IMG/VR virus record: IMGVR_UViG_3300023210_000033
Coordinates: 1 to 62,424 of that record
DNA: 62,424 nucleotides
Reading direction: 5' to 3' (one strand)
Source: a virus
Lineage: Duplodnaviria; Caudoviricetes
The notes under the pieces were generated by a model. It saw only the letters and a list, made by a program, of their open reading frames with translations. It made no database searches and had not been told where the DNA came from. Positions within the stretch are counted from its first letter, which is position 1, and each line of letters starts with the position of its first letter. The translations under genes were made by a program, and so were the position numbers. This document shows positions 20,060 to 30,100 of the stretch, one piece after another.

Positions 20060-20887
20060 ATGGCAGACGATAGACCGGTAGCAGTTAAAGATAATTACAC
20101 ATTAAGTCACGACAATGGGGTGAAAGGATGGACTTCATTCTATTCTTATTTTCCTGACTATATGATAGGTATGAATAATTACTTCTATACATTTAACGGA
20201 GGTAACATTTACCGCCATAACACGAACGAGGTCAGAAACAACTACTATGGAGTGCAGTATTCAAGTCAGATTATTTCTGTATTTAATGATGAACCTTTAC
20301 AAAACAAGTTATTTAAAACGTTAAACATAGAAGGTGATGATAGTTGGGCTGCAACTGTAACTTCTGATATTCAAGATTCAGGATTTGTTCAAAGCAGTTG
20401 GTTTGAAAGAAAGGAACAATCATACTATGCGTTTATTAGAAATAGTGGAACAACTCCTGCCTCTATTGGAGAGTATGCATTACGTTCTTTAAATGGTATA
20501 AGTGATTCAATAAGTAACCTAACCATAGGTAACTCAACAACGTATGTGTTTTCACCATCAACTATAATTGGTTCTATCGTAAGTATAGGAGATTCTATCT
20601 ATTATGGACAACGTAATGGTGATGATGTTATTAATATTACTTGGGGTGGAAACATAACAGATATAAATGTAAACCCATTACAAGGGGCAAATAATATTGT
20701 CGCAGATGTAGTGGCAGGAGCAACTGCTCCTACCTCAGCTACAAACTTTATATTCTTTATAAAGAATGCAGTAGCAGAGTCACACGGTATTCTTGGACAC
20801 TATGCAGTATTTACAATAACAAACGGAAACACAAATGCCATTAACCTTTTTGCATTAGAGTCGGAGGTTATGAAAAGCTATCCTTAA
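20060..20887 (+). CDS. Tail protein, probably the detached C-terminal part of the stabilization protein
   Basis: YTLS..KGWTSFYSYFPD..YTFNGGNIYRHN..KLFKTLNIEG resembles the C-terminal region of crAss-related stabilization proteins. Confidence 0.5.
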   Translation: MADDRPVAVKDNYTLSHDNGVKGWTSFYSYFPDYMIGMNNYFYTFNGGNIYRHNTNEVRNNYYGVQYSSQIISVFNDEPLQNKLFKTLNIEGDDSWAATVTSDIQDSGFVQSSWFERKEQSYYAFIRNSGTTPASIGEYALRSLNGISDSISNLTIGNSTTYVFSPSTIIGSIVSIGDSIYYGQRNGDDVINITWGGNITDINVNPLQGANNIVADVVAGATAPTSATNFIFFIKNAVAESHGILGHYAVFTITNGNTNAINLFALESEVMKSYP

Positions 20888-20894
20888 AATTTAG

Positions 20895-20902
20895 TATCTT
20901 TG
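20895..20902 (+). promoter_or_regulatory. Bacteroidota -7 promoter element (TATCTTTG)
   Basis: In the short gap before 20909. Confidence 0.6.
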
Positions 20903-20908
20903 TAGTGT

Positions 20909-21319
20909 ATGGAGTTTAATATTAGACCTCTCAATAGTAGTGATTACGATGATATTCTCTGCAAATGGTGGAAAGATTGGAAGTGGGATGCACCTCTAAG
21001 AGATTTTTTACCTGATAACGGGGAGGGTGGTATAATGATTTTAGATGGTGACGAACCTGTATGTGCAGGTTTTTTGTATACCACTAATTCAAATGTAGCT
21101 TGGGTCGATTGGATAGTGTCTTCAAGGACATATAGAAAAAAGCCTCATAGAAAAGAAGCTATTGTACTTTTAATTGATACTCTTACAAACATATGTAAGA
21201 ATAGTGGGGCAAAATACTCGTACGCTTTAATAAAGCATAAAGCATTAGCCGACACGTACTTATCCTTAGGATACACCAACGGAGATTCTTACACAACGGA
21301 GATGATAAAAAAACTATAA
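20909..21319 (+). CDS. GNAT-family acetyltransferase-like protein
   Basis: IRPL..DY start, VCAGFLY, AWVDWIVS..YRKK and YLSLGY; precedes the ejection-protein genes as in many podoviruses. Confidence 0.65.
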   Translation: MEFNIRPLNSSDYDDILCKWWKDWKWDAPLRDFLPDNGEGGIMILDGDEPVCAGFLYTTNSNVAWVDWIVSSRTYRKKPHRKEAIVLLIDTLTNICKNSGAKYSYALIKHKALADTYLSLGYTNGDSYTTEMIKKL

Positions 21320-21320
21320 T

Positions 21321-22157
21321 ATGGGTGTAGCAACAGGAACGGCAATGTTGATTAGCGCAGGAGTTGGCTTAGCGGCAACAGGTGTTAGTGCAGGTATGTC
21401 TTTTGGACAGGCTAAGAAGCAGCGTAGAAAACAAATGGAGGCTGAAGCAGCCGCTAAAGAAAAAATGAACAAGGCTCGTAAGAAACTTGAAGTTAATTTT
21501 GCGGATGCTTTATCAATACAAAAAGAACCATACGAAAGACAGAGAGAAGCGCTTTTATCAGCAGGTTCTCAAGCATTAGAAGCCGGTGTTGAAAGCGAAA
21601 GAGGTGGCGCTGCTACCGCAGGTAGAGTACTTGCTGCTCAGAATGAAGGGCAAGGAAAAGTTCGTGATGCTATGAATACTGATATGCAGCAAATAGAGCA
21701 GTTCAAAGTAGAAGAAGATTCAAGGCTTAGAGATATTGGTGTTCAATTAGATTTAAGTGAAGTTGAAGGTGCACAAAAAGCCGCAGCAGTAGCAGAACAA
21801 AAAGCAAACATAGCTAATCAACAAGGAGTGCAAAGTACTTTGAGTTTTATAAAGCAAGGAGCAGCTATGTTACCACAAGACTTTTCAAATGTTAAGACCG
21901 TAACTCCTGAGAACAATACCGTGCCCCCTATTGGTAGTACAATAATGTCAACAGGAACTACTTTAAATCCTGCATTACAGACAGGTTTAAACCTACAAGC
22001 CCCAAATTTATTTGGTAATCAACCTACCGTTGGTTTTAAGGCTTTACAACAACAACCTCAATCACCATTTCAGTTAGACCCAAATCTATACCCAAACCTG
22101 TATAACCTTCAACAACAAGGAGTATATGGAACACCAAATCCGTTTAATATCACGTAA
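21321..22157 (+). CDS. Putative internal virion / DNA ejection protein
   Basis: Hydrophobic Gly/Ala N-terminus followed by an Ala/Gln coiled coil. Confidence 0.55.
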   Translation: MGVATGTAMLISAGVGLAATGVSAGMSFGQAKKQRRKQMEAEAAAKEKMNKARKKLEVNFADALSIQKEPYERQREALLSAGSQALEAGVESERGGAATAGRVLAAQNEGQGKVRDAMNTDMQQIEQFKVEEDSRLRDIGVQLDLSEVEGAQKAAAVAEQKANIANQQGVQSTLSFIKQGAAMLPQDFSNVKTVTPENNTVPPIGSTIMSTGTTLNPALQTGLNLQAPNLFGNQPTVGFKALQQQPQSPFQLDPNLYPNLYNLQQQGVYGTPNPFNIT

Positions 22158-22160
22158 GCA

Positions 22161-24143
22161 ATGGCAGGAACATATTATAAATACGAACCTCGTGACCCTC
22201 AGACTGAATTAAATTGGGCTGAGATAGGTGAAAACTTTACTAATATCTTAGCTAAAGAGCGAGAGGTAAGGGCTGAAAGAATTAAAGACATTAACGCTTC
22301 TACTGATGCGTTTATGGCTAACATAGCAAATAAGCCACAGGGTGATTCCACATCTATTAGAGAGTGGGGATTAAAGTATGGTGAGACTGCAACTAAAACA
22401 TTACAAACACAAATTGCTGCATTAAAATCAGGAGACCTTAAGTTAAATGACTTTCTTGTAAACCGTCAAAACTTAGCAGACGGTACAGACCAAGCGTTTA
22501 GTTTGATGCAAGATTATCAAGATGTATACGCTAAGAAAATGGAGCGTATGAAATCTCAAAATCCTGATGCCTCATCTCAAGAATTAGAGATATGGCTTAT
22601 GGAAAACGCAGAAGGCTTTGCTGACTTTAATCGTAGTGAACTATACGTTAATCCTGAGAATGGAAAGGTAAGCGTTGCTTTTAAATACAAGAATCCTGAG
22701 ACAGGGGTTATGGAAATGTCAACAAACCCAAATGACCTTGTGGCAGTTAGTGCATTAAAAGGACAGTTAACAGGGGAGTTTGATAAGTATAACGTAGACA
22801 AAGCCACACAAGCGTGGGTAGATGGCGTAGGTGCTTGGGAGGTTGTTGCTAAAACACAGGATGGTAGTAGAACAAGAGCAGCACAAATACTTACAAGTGT
22901 TGACCCTATGCTTAAAAGAATAAGCAAAGAGGAAGCTGAAGCATTAGGCATAGACCCTAAGGCAGTAGAGGCTATTAATTACTACATAGAAGCGGAAGAC
23001 GATTACATTAGTGGTCAAATGAGTAATCTATTTAATATGACATCAGTACTAACAAATGGTATTGGTATGAAAAATGGACAGGCTTACACTTTTACTTTTG
23101 ATGAAGCGGAAGCTAAAAACAGTAAAGGAGAAATTATATTAATGGAGAGAACCGCTCAAGGTCCTCAACCTGTTTTTGATAAAGCAAGAAATCCATATGC
23201 TGATGAGCAAAAGGATGCGGTGTATGGCTATATGCGTAACGCAATACGTAATAAGATTGACAAAACTTCTGAGATTAAAACTTTTAATGAGTGGAACGAC
23301 AAGTCTCAAACAGATAAAAACAAAGGCGACAAACTTAAGAAGGATAAAAACATTATGAGTAATGTTTCTAAACTTTATTATGGAGATGAAAATGAAGTTG
23401 AAGAAGCTATTTCATTTATTAGAAGTGCGAACCCTAATATCGATGAGATTGACAGAGATGGTAATAGTGTTATTGTAACATTCCTTGACGGTACACCTTC
23501 AGAGACAATATCATTTACAGGTGCAGATAGTAAAACGTTAGGTCAAGAACAATGGGTAGGAGGAGCAGTTAACTTCTTCTTAAAAGGCAACGATAAAATT
23601 CAAGATGTAAATGCCGCAATAAAAGCAGGTGGTATTAACGCAAGTAAAACATTTAATAGTACTTCTACAGGATTCGGTGCAGGTGAAAGTACAAGTACAG
23701 AAGACCTTAGTGCTGCATATGATAGACTTGTGAGAGAAGACTCAGGTCTGAAACCAAATATGTTTGTAGCTGATGATGAAGCAAAAACAAAAGAAAACTT
23801 AACAGGAGTTGTGGCTAATCTACCGGGCTTAGGTGCATATACTGTAGATACTTCAGGCGCTTTTGACAATATTGACATCAAAGATGCTGAAGGCAAAGTA
23901 GTTAAGACTTTTGATTTAGATGCAGATGATGGATTTGACCCTGCTCAAGCTGCTAAATTTGTAGATGAATTATTAGCTTTATCTAAAGAGGCTCACTTAG
24001 GTGGAGCATCTGACCAAATCGCAACAATGTCTCTTACTGTAGGAGATAGAGCAGCGGTCACAAAAAATAGCAACAGGACAAGTGGTAGAAGAAATACTGC
24101 AGAGAAAAAAACTAATCCATCAGGGGTAGGCTCACAATATTAA
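22161..24143 (+). CDS. Putative internal virion / ejection protein
   Basis: 660-aa ORF between two ejection-type genes; no recognised motif. Confidence 0.5.
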   Translation: MAGTYYKYEPRDPQTELNWAEIGENFTNILAKEREVRAERIKDINASTDAFMANIANKPQGDSTSIREWGLKYGETATKTLQTQIAALKSGDLKLNDFLVNRQNLADGTDQAFSLMQDYQDVYAKKMERMKSQNPDASSQELEIWLMENAEGFADFNRSELYVNPENGKVSVAFKYKNPETGVMEMSTNPNDLVAVSALKGQLTGEFDKYNVDKATQAWVDGVGAWEVVAKTQDGSRTRAAQILTSVDPMLKRISKEEAEALGIDPKAVEAINYYIEAEDDYISGQMSNLFNMTSVLTNGIGMKNGQAYTFTFDEAEAKNSKGEIILMERTAQGPQPVFDKARNPYADEQKDAVYGYMRNAIRNKIDKTSEIKTFNEWNDKSQTDKNKGDKLKKDKNIMSNVSKLYYGDENEVEEAISFIRSANPNIDEIDRDGNSVIVTFLDGTPSETISFTGADSKTLGQEQWVGGAVNFFLKGNDKIQDVNAAIKAGGINASKTFNSTSTGFGAGESTSTEDLSAAYDRLVREDSGLKPNMFVADDEAKTKENLTGVVANLPGLGAYTVDTSGAFDNIDIKDAEGKVVKTFDLDADDGFDPAQAAKFVDELLALSKEAHLGGASDQIATMSLTVGDRAAVTKNSNRTSGRRNTAEKKTNPSGVGSQY

Positions 24144-24154
24144 TAAAAAGTAAT

Positions 24155-27100
24155 ATGAACGAACAAGCTATACAAGACGCATATAAATTATTCGTTGAAA
24201 ATGGATATAGTAAATCAATAGATGAATTCAAAGTATTGATGAAGGGAAACAACAATGCACGTGAAGATATGTATAAGTTGTTTGTCAATCAAGGATACAG
24301 AAAATCTAAAGAAGACTTTGGTGTACTTATGGGAGTGTCTTCAAAGACACCACCTGTAAAAAAAAAAGACGATTCGGAATTACTTGGGGAAGATGGTTCT
24401 TCGGGTTCTGCAGAGATTAAGACCCTTCCAACTGACCGTGAAGAGTTAAAAGAACTACTCTCAAGAAAGCCTCCTGTTGTAGGACAAGATACAGGAGAAG
24501 ACTTTTACAGAAATCCTATGAAGAGCATAGGAATGTATCCTTCACAAGAGCAGGTAGATGGAGCAATTCAGCAACAGTTTGCTGACTTTCAAAAGACTGC
24601 TGAAGTTGCTGAACAGGATGCTCCTTTTTTAAGTAAGAGACAAGAAGAAGAAGAGGATGCTGCAAGAGTAGCAAATGAAACCCTTATAGTAGACAGAGAA
24701 GCAGCGCTAAAAACAGAAGACTTTCAAGCAGCATTAGCAGCAACAGATGCCAAGTCTATGGAGATGGACGAAGAAGATGCTATATCATACTTTACTAACC
24801 TGTATGGAAAATATGGGTTTGTATTTAGAGAGGTAGGAATGGGAGATGCTATGGAAGTTATAGCTACTGATGGTTCTACTAAAACCATAGACCTTCAAAC
24901 CATAATGTCTAACGACAAAGAAGCATCAGCATTAAGAAGTTTCGTAAAGGGTAATGCACACGCTGCGGCTGATGTTCCTGAAAACCAAGATGAAATAACA
25001 AATGCAGTAAGAGCAAACAACTTAAGAAAAACTCCACGCTTAAACGATGACGGAACTGAGTCTACAGTTAAATTTCAATCAGCAAATATAGATGGAAGAG
25101 AAGTAGTATACCCTACATTATTCCCCGATGCTGATGGTGATTTCTATGGTAGTGACCCAAGTTGGTGGAAAGAACTTGATGGTGTAGAAGCCTATGAAGA
25201 AGCAGTAAAAAGAGGAGAGGTTTTCTACTTTGATGACCCTGAAAAAGCTGCTGAGTTTTCTGAAGGAAGTTGGAAGAGTATAAACAGAGTAGACGGAGAA
25301 GCTAATAAGTTTTACAAAGACAGAGGTTTAGATTACGGTTCATACAAAAAGATGCACGACAGATATGAAGAAGTTATGTCTACCATTAGTGCTATCGAGG
25401 ATTCTCCTTATTACAAAAAAGATTTATCAGCAGAAGAACAAGAAAAGTTAGGGTATCTCTATGTCAATGGGAGAAAGAGAAGTGACCGTGAAGCAATATT
25501 AAAAGAGTTAAATGATGAGGCAGACGAATTAAGACCTCAAGTAAATCAAGATGAATTTCAAAGAGTCCGTGAAGACTTTGATTTAGTTCTTGATAAACAA
25601 TATAGAAAGCAATCTAAAATAGCTGCATACAAAGGACAAGAAGCTGATGCGATAATGGATGACGTTGACGTAAAATCTCTTCAGCAATTTGGTGTACCTG
25701 CTAAGGATATAACTAAGATTGTACCTAAGACTGATTTAGAAAAAGAATTAATCAGAGGAATAAACGAAGAGTACCAATCCGCTGCAAACAATCAAAAATT
25801 AGCTGCTGATGCTTATCAAGTTTCAAGAACTTGGCTTGATGCTAAGGTAGATAAACAAGCACGTGATGCTTACGTAGATGATTGGTCTTCCGTATCTAAT
25901 GCTTGGGAAGGTGGGTTAGCAAACGGGAAGGTTGGTAATATGATATTAGCCCTGTCGTTAGGCATTGAAGATGTTGATAGCGATTCAAGTACAGAAGAGG
26001 TAGCTTCAAAGATTATTGAGTATATGAAACAAGCACAGACGGGTAAAACCGGACGTACTCAAAGAAGATGGCACAATGCTCGAGGTTTTCAAGAAGCCTT
26101 TGATGTGTTTAAAGATAATCCTGCTGAATTAGCCTTAACCTTAGCGGCTCAGAGTATGAGTCAAATGTTACCATATGGATATAAGTTAATAATAGGTGGT
26201 ACTGCAGCAGGTGCAGGTACAGGAGCAGTATACGGTAGTGTTGTTCCCGGTGCAGGTACTGCAGCAGGTGCAGTAGGTGGAGCAGGTTATGGTTTCAGAA
26301 CAGGGTTCGCTTCTACAATGGTAGCTTTAGAGTATACCAATGCAGTAATGGATGCTGCACGTAAGAGGTACAATGTAATGAATCCTGAAGAGTTGGCGAT
26401 GGCTCTCCAAGATAAGGAAGTGTGGGACGAAGGTAGAGAGATAGGTTTAAAAAGAGGTTTAACTATTGGTGCGGTAGATTTCTTTGCAATGGGATTAGCA
26501 GGTCGTGTTTTTAAAACAGGATTATTAGCGAGTAGAACTGCAAGGGTAGCAGCGGTAGGTGCTGAACGAGTGGTGTTTGACCCTATTGCTGAAGGTGTTG
26601 GAGAAGCACTTGCTCAGGTAGTAGCAGGTCAAGAGTTAGACGGTAAAGAGATAGCGGCTGAAATGATTGGTGGTTTAGGTAACAACACACCTATGGCAGC
26701 CTATAATGTTTTTATGGATAACCAAGCAACGACTAAGTTAGATATAGCTAACACTATGATGTCGCTTGACGGATTCTCTACATTGAATTATAGTGATAAG
26801 CGAATTATGAATTTCGCTAACAATATGGAAACGTTAGGTCAGTTAACTCCTGAACAAAACCAACTGATACAAGAGAATATTGGTTTAAGAAGAGAAGCAA
26901 GAAGCCTAATGGGTATTGGTGGAAACAAAATCACAGATGCTCTAATGTCTCAGTCTTCTCCTGCAATAGAAGCAAGACTATCAAAGTTATTAGCAGCAAG
27001 AAATGAGTTAAGTTCTACTCCAAATAGGAAGCAAGTATTTTCTCAAAAGATAAAAGATATTAATACAGAGATATCAGATATTGTAACCAACAAAAAACTA

Positions 27101-30100
27101 AGACCTGATGAGCAGCAAGTATTACTTGCAGGTGAAGGGGTAATTGGTGTACAAGAACAACAGTCAGGTTCAGATATAAGAACAGGAGTTAAGAAGTATG
27201 CCATAAATGGTAAGACATTTACACGTGAGGCTTTCCTTGCAGAGTTAGAAAAATTAAATAACAAAAAATTACTTAAGTCTGCGATACAAGTAGACAATGA
27301 TGAAGAGGCTTTTGAAGAAGTAGATAAAAGAATTACTGCTGCTGAGAATGAAACGTCTAACAAGCCTGTTACTACACCTAAGAAGATAGTAATGAATGAT
27401 GAGGGTGTATTGGTTGAAGAACAAGTTGATATAGTTAATAACGAAAACACACAAGACAATGCCATTCAAGAGTCAAGCACAGAGAGCGTGGATGCACAAG
27501 AACAAACCCAAGATAGCGAGACGTTGGGAGAACGAGTACAAACTGAAGGACAGATTGCCGAAGAGGTTACATCCCAAGAGGAGGTAATAGCCGAAGAGGT
27601 TACACCTGAATTAGAGCAAGAGGTTAATGACCTTAAAAATATGCTTGAGCCTGACAGTAAAAAACAATTCCAACTTGATGATACCACTATTACTCCTGAG
27701 AGAAAAAAGAAATTAGAAAAGAGAGCGACAGAATTGATGGAAGAAATTCAACCTGAACTAAGTGAGAAATCATTTGTGGTTGAAGAGACCTCGGTTACTC
27801 CTACTCCTGTTGTTGTTACAGAGAACAAGGAACTTGAAAGTAAAGTTCCTAAGATGAAGGTCCAAGATTTGGAAGGTAAAAGAATCAATCTTGTTATGGC
27901 TGACCAATTAAAGGTAGATGAAAAAAGAATGGGTGGACCTTTCTTTCCATTACAAGAGGGAGTGTATGGTAAGCAAATAGCTTGGGCTTCTATTAGTGTT
28001 GATGCAGCAAGAGAGATTATAAAAGGTTCTATTGGTGCTGACTATGCTATCGTATACAATATGTCTCCTTCTGCGGTAGACTCAAACGTGGTGCTATTAG
28101 ATTCTCTTATTGAAAAAGTTGAAGAGTCAGAAAATAGTGAAGCCATCTTTGAAGCAATGATGGAAGACTTATCTAATAAAAAGTTTGGAGGTAAAACAGA
28201 TATAGTAAATGCAATCGCTCAAAGGTCTCAGTCTTTAGAAGAGTTTAAAGGATTGTTTATGGAGTTGGACGTAGATACTAAGGCTGCTATCTTCAAGGCA
28301 GTTCTTCCTTTAGCTAACGTTGAAGCAGGTACAAAGGTTGGTAAGTTGTTTGCTGCTGAAGGGGTGACACAAGAATCATTACGAGCGGAAAATGTAGAGC
28401 AGTTTGCATCTGATTTACCAATGGGTTCTATGACTATGGTTTTAAAAATCACAGACAAGAATGGTAACCCTATTACAAAAGAGAATATTGATGATGCTAT
28501 TGTAACTCAAGAGCAACAAAAAGCAGAAGGAATAAAAACACATAAAAACTACCCTGTTTATATTAGAGGTGAGGCAGTTGCTATGATGGAAAACACAGTT
28601 CCGTTTTGGTCTGTTAACAAGAATGCTTTAAGTACAATCAACGCTAAGGTAGATGGTATAGTTAAAAAGAAGGTAGCCGCTAAGATAGATAAGAAGACAG
28701 GAGAAGTTAAAGCAGAGGCAACAACAAGAAATACTACTGCAAGTGAAGCACGTAGCGCAGAGATGCGTAGAGCCTCAATGAAAGCAGGAACTAACTTTGA
28801 AGTAACAGAAGCTACCAAAACAAACTACGAAAGATTTATAACTAAACTTACAAAGTCTTTCCCTAACACAGAGGTAGTAACAAGTCAAGAAGCATTTGAT
28901 GAACTAACATCTGAACTCAATGCTCAGAAGTTAATGACTAAAAATCAAAAGGTTTATGGTGCAGTTTACAATGGTAAGCTATACTTGAATCCTGCCCTTG
29001 AAAACTATGACACACCGGTTCACGAGTTCGGTCACTTGTGGTTAAACACGGCTAAGGCTTTAACTCCTGAGACATACGAGAAAGGATTGTCACTTGTAAA
29101 AGGAACTCAGTATGAATCTGATGTAAGAAACAGTAAGTCATACAAGAAGGTTATAAAACAAATGATTGCTGATGGTGCTACAGAATCTGAGATTGAAGCA
29201 TACATTCTTGAAGAAGCCCTTGCTACTGCAATAGGAAACAAAGGTGCTTCATTTGCTACCGCTGCACAAAAGAAAAACTTTAAGGCTTGGTTGGAGCAGT
29301 TGTTTGATTTCGTAAAAAAACTAACAGGTATATCTAAGTTAAGTGCGGAGCAAATACAAGACCTGTCTCTTGATGAATTTACAGAGGCGGTAGTCGTAGA
29401 CCTTTTATCGGAGAACAAGGCTTTCAAAGAAGCTGAGAGTGCAGTACTATCCGATGCGCTACAACTTAGCTTAGCGCCTGACACCTCGCCTGATGCTATT
29501 GTTAGAATGGCAAGAGAGCAAGGCTTTACTGATGATGCGATACGAGTTGTATTAAAAGACAGGGGTTTAAGTGCAACAAGAATATCAGAAGCCATCAAGG
29601 TACAGAGAGACCTTATGACTACTATGCCAAAAGAGTTTGGTAATGTAGAGGGTGGTGCTACAGTTGGCTTAGAATTGTTTAATGAAATAAAAGATGGTGT
29701 TCAATCATTCTCTACAGAAGGACCGAGAGGAGGTAGAGGAACAACAAGAACTAAAACTTTTGGTGAGATTAGAGCCAAGGCTCAAGAGTTGTTAGTAGAA
29801 TCTCGTGTGTATAAAAGACAAGACTCTCAAATTCAAATGGAAATGAGAGTTGCTTTAGACAGACAACTTGGTATTAGAAACAATCCTCAGGTAACAAGAG
29901 AGATAGGCGCTATACGAAATGCATTAAAGCAAAGAAAAATAGGTAAGGATAATATTACTGAAGCACAAAGAAGACTTAGAAACTTTATAAGAAAGGCTCT
30001 TCCTGATTCTAAAAACTACAGAAGAAAAAGTATAAACAAGTTGTTGTCTATAATTAATTCAACAACACCTACTAACTTCCAAGGACAGGCAGTTAAAGTT

